Shown: positions 25,201-38,300 of the stretch, in pieces
Numbering within the stretch: the first letter of the stretch is position 1
How the letters are laid out: the number at the start of each line of letters is the position of its first letter
DNA from: Takakia lepidozioides
Taxonomy: Eukaryota; Plantae; Bryophyta
Reading direction: 5' to 3'
Length of the DNA stretch: 64,000 bases
Assembly: GCA_030704615.1 (NCBI GenBank)
Contig: CM060733.1
Span: forward strand, 40,300,001 to 40,364,000
Notes under the pieces: generated by a model
What the model was told of the DNA's origin: nothing
Database searches by the model: none
What the model saw: the letters and a program-made list of their open reading frames with translations, nothing else
Made by a program: the position numbers and the translations under genes

Positions 25201-26555
25201 CAATTGCATAGACAACGCGGAAGACCATACTGATTTGCTCCCAGCTGGCCTCTGATTGGTCGGTCCCTTGGTTGGAGTTCAGGTCTGTATGCCACTTTCC
25301 CTACACAGATAGGCATACCACAGTAAGTAACACCATGGCTCACAAATCCAATTGAATAACTCAAACCATCCGAGCACAGGAGCCGCCAGATGCCAAAGAG
25401 CAATGCACAATTAAGACCCGTCAGCATTTACAATGGTGCAAACAATAACTGCTAATCCAGTTCTTTTGGTCAATTGCCCTGCAGAAGGATGTTGCTTCCC
25501 TGGATTCAAACAGTGTACGATGCAGCAACTTCCCATTCCTTCTCCATCCTTCATTCAACATAATTTTCTACTACTGTCCTCCACCCTCGGTCAACACAAA
25601 AGACTCCGGATAGGAAATTGAGATACCAGCCCATGCCACACACCAACGACAATTGCCCCCAGATTCCTCAGATCCGCCTTCATCTCTTCTCCCTTTTTAT
25701 TCTATAACCGTCTTACCCACTTGGTGAATTCAGCATGTCTTTGAACTTAAAAACACGGAATCCAACAAGCGTCCCCCAAGCTCTCACCTCAAGGGCCTGC
25801 AAGTCGGCTGTCTCCCCAATATCTGGACGAGTTTTCCCTTTATCTGCAAGGTCTTGGCCACCTCTCCCCAGGGCCCTAACGTGACAACCAACACTCATCC
25901 CACTTCTTTCAACAGATCCGGCCTTGTGTCTCAAAGACAAACTTCTCCGTTCCTTCCAAGAGGACTTGAGTTTCTGTGTGAGGGAGGGCAATGCCAAAAG
26001 ACCGCCATTCATGCTACGGCATTGCAAAGCTCCAGAACAAATGGGACCTTCTCCTGAACCCCCTGCCTGTGCGCCGATTAAGTGGGGGGAGATCGAAGCC
26101 CATGCCAAGAAGCAATCGTTTGTTCTGTCAAAATTCTTTGAGACTTGTGATCCTCGATGGAGACCACAGGTGGCTCTACTCGTGGACCGAGTGGGTATGC
26201 TGGATGGATGCAACAGCCCGGCAGAGCTATTAGAATTCCTTAAACATCCCCAAACCCTTTCCAGAGAACTCCCAGAGCAGGCTGATCCGCGCGCACCCTG
26301 TGATTTGGCTGATGCAGCAGATAGCGCTCCCGAAGTTTCGACCGCACCACCTCCTGATTTCACCCTTCTTTCTGCTTGAGAGGCAGCTTCACTGGCACAC
26401 GAAGTGCCACTAGGATTTGCAAAGCCACCGGTACTTGCTCCCGACCATGAGAAACTGCTGGAATTTGGAGCTGGCCAGGAGATACCAGCAGGATTGGTAC
26501 TTGCCCATGATGAATTCGCCGAGGCCCCCAGTAGCCCTCTGGAAGTTACTGGCAT
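22242..26555 (-). CDS. BCM1: BALANCE OF CHLOROPHYLL METABOLISM (BCM1/2; soybean G)-like plastid CAAX-protease-family membrane protein, ~564 aa, 10 coding exons
   Basis: Exons 26555-25788, 25300-25201, 25095-24944, 24571-24476, 24208-24146, 23745-23674, 23472-23370, 23203-23132, 22945-22857, 22421-22242, all GT-AG and phase-consistent. Hallmark peptides: GYAVPPMMVLLFILEDEIVK..ARAIRDVEDEEL..FFVGMSPWQ, EELFFRVAIQG, AWYERRQQKKIYSPL, TGNILAPMITH. The start codon is uncertain. Confidence 0.92.
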
Positions 26556-28399
26556 ACTGACCTCCTTGGCAAACCTACTTACTCCGTTGGAATAAGGATG
26601 TCACACCACTGCCATCTACACAACCAACGCCTCTTCTCAAATAAGCCTCTTGAGACCAACTTGGACGTGATTCTTAACAGATGATAATGTGGATCGTTCC
26701 AATTTTGTGACAATCTGACACAGCAGAGGTAAGGCGGCGCTAGGACGTAGAAGGAGCAATTGAGGTTTACAGCTCTAGAAGTACGGCTGTTCCTTGAGAT
26801 GATTGAGACGCTTCACCCTGAAAATAGTGAGCATCCAGATGCGAAAACCCAGCTGAAGTGACGCCTTCTATATCAAAGTACTGCAATCCGCTTCACTACA
26901 GAAAGACCTTGAAGATTGATGCGTGTTCCGTGAACGCAACACTTGGCTGGCAACGTTCACAAAATCGGGATATGTCCTCGTAGGACCGGGAGAAGGTGCC
27001 AGATTCCAACGGGGATCCGTCCTGTCAGAGGGAGATACACGAGCCTCTACAACCTGTGGCGGCCTGAGATCTTCTGAGAATGTGCTACAGACGTAGACAC
27101 AGCCTGTGGACATGACAGTCCAGGCAAGCCAAAGAGGCCAGATAGTAATAAAGGAGCCTCAGGTCTCCGCCATGGATTGCTAGCCACAGAACACGAGATC
27201 ATTCTTCAGACAAGCGAGGGTAAATACAGCGTGGCAGTCTAGCGCCTCTCCACTAGATCAGAGCCTGCCATTTCAGATATCCATTTATCTGAGATGATGA
27301 CGTACACCCCGAGATGAACCACACAGAGATATTAACTAGTCACCCACAAACTCTACCCCAGTTTTCCAGGAACAGAGAGCCTTTCCACCAATCTCTCCAA
27401 GAGAAAAAAAAAAGGCCACCAGGAGTACACGAGATTCCACTACCAGTTATATGTGGAACTAACAAACCAGCCAACCCCACACTGAGCACATAATAATGAT
27501 GAGACGCTTAGCGTCTGCAACAAGACCACATGTAGCAAGACCGATAGCGAGACGACATACGGCTTCAAGCTGTCCAGGCACGCCCTGCGGTCAACTCACA
27601 AAGTGAGCTCCGTTTCACCACCGGGTTACTACAAACCAAATGACAGGAAGAATCCAACTAATAAAGCATGATCACGAAGACGTAAGACAATGGATGTAAT
27701 GAGAGCATCTGATGCGAGAGATCACACGAGAGGGGAGACTGTGCAACTTAGCTTGACACTACAGTAGCATTTCCAATTAAGCTCAACAATGGGTGTGTTA
27801 ATGTGCCTAAACATTCCGAACCAGGCTCAAAACACCTAATAAACTCTCAAGAATCTGTCAGACAAGAAATAGAGAAGAAGACATCTGTGGAGAGTGGTGG
27901 AGAGCATCGAGAGCGGGGCAAAAACATGGCAGGGTGCGCATAACCCTGCGCTGCTGATGGTCGTCGTGCTGCTGCTCTAGCCTAGTAAGCAGCGAGCGTG
28001 CGAGTGGAAATGGCAAGAGGGAAGAAATACTTACGAGGCTGGCAGCGTCCCTGGATTACCTAGTAACAAAATCAAGCACGCCGCAGTTTACTTACTCGCG
28101 CTCACTTATTTTAGTTTGCGGCCGATAAGACGGCGCGTGCCCGCCTTGGCATCTTGCCCAGTCAGCAGATCCAACAGGATATCCCGGATTTGAACCCAGA
28201 AGCACTTGTCTAGAGAAAATTTACTATCCTGGTATTAGTAATATCTACACTTACCGAAGCCTGTTACTCGTCCGAAGTGTAATAATCAATAACGCACTGT
28301 TTGATGGAAGAAAATTTTAATAATAATTTAATTGTTTAATATTTAGATGAGAGTAAAATTAAGGCAAATACTAAAAGAGAGTATGTAGTAGATAATGGC

Positions 28400-28815
28400 C
28401 GCCGGGTGGACCCCGCGATCGGCGGGGTCGCGAGCAGGGCCAACCGGTTTGTAGCACCACATGTCGCTAGCAGAGAGCTACAATAGCCAAAGAAGACTTG
28501 CCACGTGGTGAAATTTGGTAGAGTCTCTTGACACGTGAAGGGCCGGACCCTTTGAAGCGGTGGGTGGCAGCTGTAATACAATGTGGCTCTGAGGGTGTGG
28601 ATGGAGGAAAGGGGAATCTTCCGCCGCCTCCAATCAGCTCCAGTGATGGATGTGTTCTGTGATCCATTTCTCATCCGCACGGAGAGGCGGCAACGAGTGG
28701 ATACGGGTCAGCCAATGAGATGCGCGGGTCAAACGCGCTGCAATCCAGCAGCCAATGGGAGGGCGGCACGCTGCGCCAGGGTATGATTGCACCTTATCGT
28801 CCAATCGCTTTGCCT
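28400..28815 (-). promoter_or_regulatory. Probable light-responsive promoter of the BCM-like gene
   Basis: G-boxes CACGTG at 28502 and 28532. CCAAT at 28630, 28712, 28752 and 28801. I-box GATAAGG (minus) at 28792-98. These lie upstream of a GTAAGT 5'UTR donor at 28034. Confidence 0.55.
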
Positions 28816-29368
28816 TATTAATAGCCTTTTCTGAAAGTTGCCGAAGTGGCTATTGAAGTCTGAACGAAATATCCATTTAGAATCTTGGATGGCATATTCA
28901 GTACTAAAACCGATTCTCTCTCTCTCGCCGGCAGGTTTTCAGGTTTTTCAGCTTCTCGGCGCTCGCAGACTTTCGAAGTGGAAACGAAATTTCTTTCTTT
29001 AGAAGATTTGAATATGGAAGTGTCTCATTGCATGTGAATATTACTGCGGCTCTGCCATGCCAGATTGAAGTACTATGTGGAAGTTACATCTGAAGAGGGG
29101 AATTTTACAAACAGATTCGATTAGGGAAATTTGTAGATTGCTACCAACACTATGCTGACATGCACAAATTCACATGCACAAAATTAGAAGTTGATCAGGG
29201 AGGGGGAGAGAAAGAAAGAAAGAAACTACAGAACCACACAGAACATTGTGTTTTTGTTGAGAGAGAGCGAGACACACACACAAAGGAGACAGGAGATGGA
29301 GCTTCAGCAACTTTGGCGATAATTCTTTTGGGGAGTTCATAAACATGACCAAAAATTATTCAAATTAT

Positions 29369-32300
29369 TCAGAAAGCCTGTTGCCGAAGAGGGAGCAATT
29401 GCTTGGAGAGGGCCAGTGGCACATGCGCTCTCACCAGTGTTCCTTTGTCTGTGTATTCCTGCACATTCCACACATCCACATTATCTCTCACTAACCTTCG
29501 GTTGCTCCTCTCTCCCTCTCACTGCATGAACTACCATTTGGAGTCTTTAATGGGGTTTTTCTTGTTGTTTGACGGTCCCCTGGGCCCTATGGATGTCATA
29601 AAGGTTTTCTTTCATCCTTTCTGTCTCGAAAGCCGAAGGCAGTCCCGTGGCAGCCTTGACATAACGCTAGAAACCATAAAGGTATTTCCACTGGACCTCT
29701 CTATCTTTACAGATATGAAGGTGGAGTGATGGGCATATTGTAGCAAACAAACAAACGAAAGAGAGAATGCATATTTATCCTTACAAGTATCAAAATATCT
29801 CCATACTTAACAATTGAAGTAGCCAAAAAGAAGTACAGAGTATATCCGAACAATGGTTAGAGGGATTTTCAGAAGGAAAAACCAGAAACAAACAGAAAAC
29901 AAACAAACAAACAAACAAACAGCCAAGAAAGAAAAATAGAGACGAGAAAAAAGAAAGGAAGAAAAAGAAGCCAGGACAAAATAGATTGTACTCATAAGAC
30001 GTTGTTTGCCGTAGCCTTGTGGCCGTTGACCCCGCGCCCAGTTTGAGCGGGAACAAAAGGGACAGAAACTACCTCTGTCAGGGGCTGACGTTGGTAGTAA
30101 GACTTACCTTCATATATAGAATTAATCCGGGTTTTCCAGATATCCTCTAGAAATCCCTTCACACAAGCATCAATCTGCTGTGTGTGATTTGCCCAAAAAC
30201 TAGGCCTCAGGAGGGCCTGAGCTTTTGCCTCAGCCTCGAGACTTTCAAAGTTGGTAAACAGGGGTACAGGCAAGAGAGCGTCTCTTTGGTGAGAGAACCC
30301 CAGACAGTGTATCGGAAAATGAATACTGTCTTCAGATTGCCCACACAACGGGCAATTGCACTCTCCCTTTCCTCTCAGCTTCTGTTTGCTGTTCAAAGGT
30401 AGGCTTCCTGCTCTGAGTTTAAATTTCAGTCTAGTGCCGAGAGTGGGTAGACCCTTGAGGTCATCCAAGATGACCTCCCCCATGTCACTGACTGGAAACA
30501 AGTTCAGGGAAGTTTTCTGCCTAACTTCATTTTCATCAGACAATCTCATGGCAACAGGCATGGCTTTGGACACTACAGCCTCTAAGTCAGATTTATCCAG
30601 CAGGGTCAAGACTTGCGGATCCAGGTCCAGGTCCTTGAGAATCTCTTCTACTCTCTTCTGCCAGGACTTAGCCTGTTTGACAGGGCAGTCCTGTTTCCAA
30701 GATATAGAGTCGATTAACTTAGGATATCTGGTGTTGGGCATATGTTGCAGCTGACCCCACCATCTGACCTTGAATTCATCTCGTCGGGAGCTTAAGGACG
30801 GAATGCCAAACTCACCCCGAACAGCCACATTGGCTGTTTTGGAGCATGCTGACATACACTCCTTAAGCACCCCCACTTGAATGGATTCTAGAGACTTAGC
30901 CTGGTTGGAGTTATCAACCCATATAGCAGATCCGTACTCCAAGGCAGCGACAAGTAGACCAGGACAAAATAGACATGGATACCAAAAAAATGAAGCCCAA
31001 TATGACAAGAAACACCCACCTCAAGCTCTACAATGCCAAGGCGGTGAATGAGGTTGACCAATTCACCCTGCCCATATGGCACCACTGCCTCCACCCACAC
31101 CATCAATTCCTGCATCCCATAAAACAATCCATCTCACTTGTCTGTCTGCTCATCTCCCTTCACCAGCTTACAACCGAGATAAGCTATCTAACATAAAGTT
31201 GCTTATCTGGCCACGGCAGCCATGACCAGTGCAGTCTATGGGTGTTGTCTCGCATATGTTCATAAGGACCCAAGACAACGGTGCATCTTTTGATTTTTAC
31301 TATGATGAGTGGGCCACGACTGACTCCAAGAGCTTTATTAGCATCCTCTCCTCCATCTCTGGATCTGTGGCAAGCAGGCCCATGGAAGGACGGCCAAGAG
31401 TACAACTCTCTATTATTACTCTCTATTACTCCATAAACAATGAAGTCGATCTGATAGCATACCTTGATTTCCTTTTCGATTGCTTCATAAAATGCCAGCA
31501 TGCCCTCTCCTGTCAGCGCTGATAAGCACACCACGTTGCCTCTGCGGGCTGCCTCAGCCCTAAGAGATTCTGGATCTTCAGCCCTATCCACCTGTCCACC
31601 GGACGTGAGAAAGGTTGGAAAGAGCTAGGAAGGCCCAGCAAGCTCAACCGTCCTTCAAAACCCCCCAAAAACAGAGAGAATAACATTTGCAGGGGAATAC
31701 CTTGTTCCAGACACACAGGAGAGGAATATGGTCCACATCAAGCTCAGCGAGCACATTATCCACAGCTTCTCTTTGCTGTGCTGCCATTGGATGACTACAT
31801 GACAACCCATATGTCAACACTCATACCCTGATAATTCCGTGGAGAGTTGGAGAGAAAAGAGAAAACTTAAGACATGAGCCTTATAACAAGCACAAAAACC
31901 TTAAATGACATGACACTAACACAGTTTAAGAAAACACTACATTGTTGCACAAAGATGAAGTGCCACATGAAGGTTAGCTGCTAGGCATATGTGGTCTTCG
32001 CAACTGCGAGAGAGAATGTACTCCTAAGACGTTGTTAGGCTTGTGGCCATAGACATCGGTTTGGGCAGAACAGAGAGAGAGAGAATGTACTCATAAGACG
32101 TTGTTTGCTGTAGCCTTGTGGCCATTGACGCCCAGTTGGGCGGAACACAAAGGGACGGAACCTACCTTTGTCAGGGGCTAACGCCGGTAGTAAGACTTAC
32201 CTTGGAATAAACAACTGATCCGGGTTTTCCAGATATCCTCTACAAATCCCTTTACACCCTGCTGTGTGTGGTTTGCCCAATAACTAGGCCCCAAAAGGGC

Positions 32301-35300
32301 CTGGGGTTTTGGCTCAGCCTCAAGACTTTCAAAGTTGGTAAACAGAGGTATAGGCACAATTCTCTTGATAGATTTGAAGAGAGCGTCTCTCTGGTGAGAG
32401 AACCACGGACAATGAATCAGAAAATGACTATTGTGTTCAGGTTGCCCGCACAACGGGCAATGGCACTCTCCCTTTCCTCTCTGCTTCTGTTTGCTGTTCA
32501 AAGGTAGGCTTCCCGCCGAGTTAAAATTTCAGTCTAGTGCCGAGAGTGGGTAGGCCTTGAGGTCATCCATGATGGCCTCCCTCATGTCACAGACTGGAAA
32601 CAAGTTCAGGGAAGTGTTCTGCCTAATTTCATTTTCATGAGACAATTTCCTGGCAACAGACATGGCTTTGGACACTACAGCCTCTAAGTCAGATTTATCC
32701 AGCAGGGTCAAGACTTGCGGGCTAAGATTCAGATCCTTGAGAATCTCTTCTACTCTCTTCCGCCAGGACTTAGCCTGTTTGAAAGGGCGATCCTGTTTCC
32801 AAGATATAGAGTCGATTAACTTAGGATATCTGATGCAGCTGAACCCACCTTGAATTCATCTCGTCGGGAGCTAGGGATGCCAAACTCACCCCGAACAGCC
32901 ACATTGGCTGTTTTGGAGCATGCTGATATGCACTCCTTAAGCACCCCCACTTGAATGATCTAGAGACTTAGCCTGGTTGGACTTATCAACCCATATTGCA
33001 GATGCGTACTCCAACACAGGTCTAACGCGACAAAGCATGGTTTTCTTGACCTCAGAGTTGATCCCTCTGCAGTGGAAACTTTTAGTGAGACCCAGCGTTT
33101 CGCCCTTGCCAGTTTGGACAACTTTCTGAATATGTGCATCCCAATTACAGTTGGAGGAAAACTCAATGCCGAGGTATGTGTAGGAAGGGAGGACAGGAGG
33201 GGCTCACTCCGGTAATGTGACTTGCTTTGACAAAGACCATTACTTCGGGTTTTCCAGATATCCTCTAGAAAGCCCTTCACACAAGCATCAACTTGACCTG
33301 TCTGAGCTGCCCAGCAATTTGACCCCAACAGGGCCAGGGCTTTAGGCTCAACCTCAAGATTGTCAAAGTTGGTGAAGTGAGGTACGGGGACAATGTTCTT
33401 GATGTTCCTGAAGAGGGTCACTCTCTGGTGAGAATATCCCGGACAATGTATCAGAAAATGGATATTGTCTTCAGGCTGCCTGCACGTCGGGCAATTACAA
33501 TCTCCTCTTCCTCCTGCATCTGTAAGGTAGGCTTACCACCCTGAGTTTATATTTCAATAGTGCTGAGGGTAGGTAGCCCTTAAGTGCGAGAGAGAGAGAG
33601 AGAAGAGAGAGAGAGATGGGGTGTCCGTGCATGAGTGCTGGTACCAATAATGCTTTGTCACATGTTAAAGCCTACACTGCATAGACCCTCCCCAGTTGCT
33701 TGAAAAATGCAGTAGGGACATCGCCATAGCTATTGGGGAAGTCTCGTTTGCAAGCTCACAGAGCAAGAAAGAGTCAGGCATCTTGCGTCCATCACATGCA
33801 CAGGTAAAGAGGGAAGTCCCGTTTGCAAGTCCACAGAGCAAGAAAGAGTCAGGCACCTTGCATCCATCACATGCACAAGTAATGAGGAATCGCTGATCTC
33901 CTCCAGTGTAGCCCTAAATGCTGCCACCTGTGATTGACAGCAAACAAGCCCAATTCAAGACTGTTGCCATCACACTGCCACACAGAGAGAAGACAAGACA
34001 CAGACAAGATAGGGCAGACTACTTTCCTTGTCAGACTATATGTTCCTAACAAGAGGTGTGCTCCTTGTACATTGGTTACTACAGCCTGTTGGGGCAGAGA
34101 AGAAATAATCTTTTTGTGTCCACAGGACAAAGAAAAAGAGAGGAACTCATAACATCCGAAGGGGGCTCTGAAGGGCCATGGGACAAAAAGAACAGCAAGA
34201 AACCCCCACATCAACATGTGTGTCTTGAAGTCTGAGTTGACACCACATATATCTCTGGTTCTTGCTATGGACAGGAGCGTAAGGTGGTTAAGGGATTTCT
34301 TTGCAGTAGCTACTCCTCCAATGGTCAAATTTTGGTTGGTCGTAAGGAAGAGGGCTGTAGGAAGTGGCCATGTCTCACTTTCATGTCTCCACGCAAAATA
34401 TCACAACTCTGTAAGATGTCCAACAGACCAAGTGTCACTGCAGTTGCATGAGACGAGAGCATGTAGGGGCATTGGCCTCATTGGAACTGGTATTTCTTAG
34501 GGGTGGGAAGGCCCAGGGTCTGTCGATTGGGAATGAGTATCTGATGTGGAGGTACATCCCCATTTCCCCTCTGCTCTGGCTTGCCGCATTTGAAGGTACT
34601 GTGCTTTCCAGTTGAGAACTGAATAGAGTTCAGGTCACCATCCATTTAGGTTGCGAGGATATGTAATCATGGGCCGTGGTTCTGAGAAATAAGATCATCT
34701 TCCAGCTCTCCATTGTGTCACCGTTGGGATGAGTAACACCCATGAGTGCTACCTGCAGAGGACTCGTGTACTCCATATAGGTGAGCCAGATGAGCCATAC
34801 ATTGAGAGCCTTCAACGCCCCTTACTTCTCCTCGTCCAGGGTTGCTGGGATGGTGTCCGCCAGAGAAGGTCAATTTGTGACGCCTGGATTAGGGTGTGCG
34901 TCGTTTGCCTGGCATTTGCCTATATTGGCCCAGGGGGAAGGTAACTGCTTTGGTCTTGGTCCTACAAGATGCTGTCTTTTCTGTGTCTGTAGCTCCTGGG
35001 CAAGGTTGTGACTTGGCGGTGGAGGTCAGCTAGACTTTGTCTGGGGTTTGGAATTCCCACTCAACGGAGTGCACCTTAAGCTGGAGAATGCCATAGTGAA
35101 GGGATATAGCTTTGCAGCAATATCCCTTTTCATTGTGCCATGTCATGATCAGGAGCAGAGACATCATCAAGAGCTCTGAGTAGTTTCCACACGTTCTAAA
35201 GTTGGGTTGGTGTGTGGTCCTTGGTGGCATCCATGCGGCCGCAGCTGGCTGGCCTGCAAGACAGAAAAGCCTCCCAAGCTACTTGGCCACCGAGTGCCAC

Positions 35301-38300
35301 ACAGAAACCCACTCGAGAGCCTGTAGAAACAACTCAAAGCTCCTGGTGATGTCTTGGAGAGAAATGAAATGAAATGAAATGGTGCTTTATAACGTCCGCG
35401 GAAAGCTCATAGAGCTGATGGGACAAAATGGAAGAAAACAGGAGAGAGGAACAAATCCAGAAACCACAATTAATGTTCTAGCGATTGTCTAAGGGTGAAG
35501 GCCTCGTGCAGGTAGGCTGCCAAGCATTTTTGATCCTCATAGTGGAAGACATCAGTGAGAGTTTGGGTTCCACTGAATAAACAGTGGAATCTCCCACGGA
35601 TTGGTAATAGGAAAGCAGTAGAAAGTTGGTTACGTTGAAATAAACTGTCCACTCGAGCATACCACGAGTTCCTGAAACCTGCAGCTTTGAGCCTCATAGA
35701 TGTTGTGAGGGCCCTTGCCACTAGCCCTTTGAGAGAAAGAAAGAAAGGGAAAGAACGTCCATAGTGGACCCATGAGACAAAGTAGAACAAGAAGAGACCC
35801 ATATCACCATTACACCAAATGTCATGTGAAGAAACTGAGAGCATTGCATACCAGTTGGGTAGGAAGCTTTTGTATGAAGCCCACCGTGTCAGTGAACAGG
35901 CATTCCTTCCCATTTGGTAGCTGTTCACACAGTGCATAGAACATTCTCCCAGTCATGATAACTTGACCCAAATTTGAACAAAACCCCTTAATTGACCCTA
36001 AACTTGACCCAATTTGAATGATAGACCCTTACTGCATAAGACCATTGAGGTCCACAGCAGGTAAAGAGGGCCTATGGGAGACAATAGAACTATGAGAGAC
36101 ATCCAAAGACCATGTGAAAAAAACCGAAACGTCGCTTGGTGAAGACTGCCCATGCCAGTAAGCTCCTAACCACTTTGGGTCCTCAGTTTAAGACCTCTGC
36201 CACGGACAAAGCCTGGTGCCCGTAGACTTCAGTGGATGGCAGGGAGAGAGAAAGGAGGAAATGTTTTACCTCTACTCGACGGGTAGTCGGATCTAGAGTT
36301 GCAAAAAGCCGGTCCTCTGCCAGAACTCCTGCCCCACTTAGTCTATTTAAGAGTGTACTCTTCCCTGCATTTGTGTAACCAACCTGCCAAACCCATGAGT
36401 TATTTAAAGCTTCAATCAAACCTTGCCCTCTTCGTATAGTAGAGTAAAAACATAGCCACCTTGCCACATCTAGAGGCTGTAGTAGCAGTGCTTCGATCAT
36501 TTCTAGCAAGAAGGAGGTTGACTCTTGCTGAAGCACGCGTAACTTCTGGTGTCACTTCACCCCACTGGGCAATTACATTCTGTTTGGAAGGTGGACACCT
36601 TCTCATGGCTGTAACTGGAGCAACAAGGTTGCCCCCAAGGACTCAAAAGTCCCAGGTACCCACACATTAGGTGTGTGCTTGACTCAGCAACCCCCCTTTT
36701 ATAACTGGGCTGGCTATCCAACATACACCTATGTGGCTTTGAACCCATGACCACTTGTAACGTAGCCTTGTGCCCTAACCACTGGGCCAGCATTTCTAGT
36801 ATTATATAGTACCATGCGATGCATGCACGGTGTTCATACTCCCTCTGAACTATGCTTGCTATGCAGCAAAGGAAGCCTAGGCTGCGCTTCTGCTGTCGAG
36901 AGAAAAAATACTCATCATAAAATACTCGTCATAATGTCCCTGATAAACCCAAGCACTCATGGGACAAGAACGCAGAGAGAGAAGGGGAGAGGCATAAGAA
37001 TAGAGCGCACCAGGGAGATTACAGGAATGGGGACTGATGCGCGGCGGTCACGATATTGTTGGCGATGTCCACGCACTGACTCGAGCTCCCTCTTCAGTCC
37101 TGCAATCTGAACACCAACCACGCATGAGATGATCTTACCTTCATTTCAGTAGAAACAAACAAGTGGCAAATAGATTTCTACCCTTCCAACTACATCATGA
37201 TGTCAACTGCATATCTACAGAAATCCACCAAAAAGATATTCCCAGAATTGCCAGGTCCTGCGCATTATGACTTGAGGACTGGACAGGTCCTGACTGGGTA
37301 ATGTATGGGTAAACGATGAGGTTCGTGAATATAAAATCATCCCAAACATACTGGAACACTAAAGGGTGAAGCCCTACCTGAGTACGGAGAATTCGCTTGT
37401 CAACTTCAATTTGCTTTTCTCCCATACCCTTGACCAAACCTCCTGCCTGTCTCTCCAGATGTGTCCACATGCGTGTCAACCGCGGTAACTGGTACTCTGT
37501 TTGGGCCAACTCTACCTACACAGATAGAACCAGGAGTCAAATAAACTACAATGAAGCTAACCATGGTTCCAGCCACTAACCCAGCTTTAGTTGATGCCAC
37601 CACAAGATATAGCCTACTGGAGGAGGAAGCCTAGGGTGGTTTGTTGCCCGTTCGTATTCATCTGCACAGAACAAGAGGGAACAAACACCTTTGTAAAGGG
37701 CTCACTCCAGTAGTGGGACTTACCTTGATATAAACAATTAGTTCAGGCTTTCCAGATTTCCTCCAGAAATCCCTTCACACAAGCATCAATCTGCTATGTC
37801 TGAGCTGCCATGGCACTTCAGCCTCCGAGTCAGCTTCATCGAGCAGGGTCAGTTCTTCCTGCCTAATATTCAGGTACATGAAAATCTCGTCTATTCTTTT
37901 CTGCCAGGATGGTCTTGCTTCCAAGATAGAATCGATCATCTTAGCGTATCCTGGTATTAGGCATGCGATTCAACTGACCCCACCATCTGACCTTAAACTC
38001 ATCACATTGGGAGCTCAAACTCGCCAAACTCGCCCCGAACAGCCACATTAGTTGTTCTAGAGCATACTAGATTCTAAAGAGAGAGAGAGAGGTGAACCTG
38101 CAGAGTAGCTTCCCGAGTTGCTGCACGCTGGCTAAAAATATCAAGTATCAATGCGGTTCTATCACAGACACGCACATCCTCACCAAAGGCTTTCCCCAGA
38201 CTCCGAAGCTGCCTGGCATTGCCCCAAACAGAAACCACATCTTAGAAGGAACGAGTGTCTTGGTGATGGTCTTTGCTAGATCCTGCCTTTGGTACCTCAC

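Noticed and set aside
25713-25787. GTAAG donor at 25716 as the end of BCM exon 1
   Set aside because: Its phase is incompatible with the next exon. The GTGAGA donor at 25787 keeps the frame.
25924-26379. 151-aa plus-strand ORF
   Set aside because: It is antisense to BCM exon 1 and has no recognisable domain.
36720-36795. tRNA gene
   Set aside because: Boxes A and B are present but the stems do not pair as a cloverleaf, so it is better explained as a SINE head.
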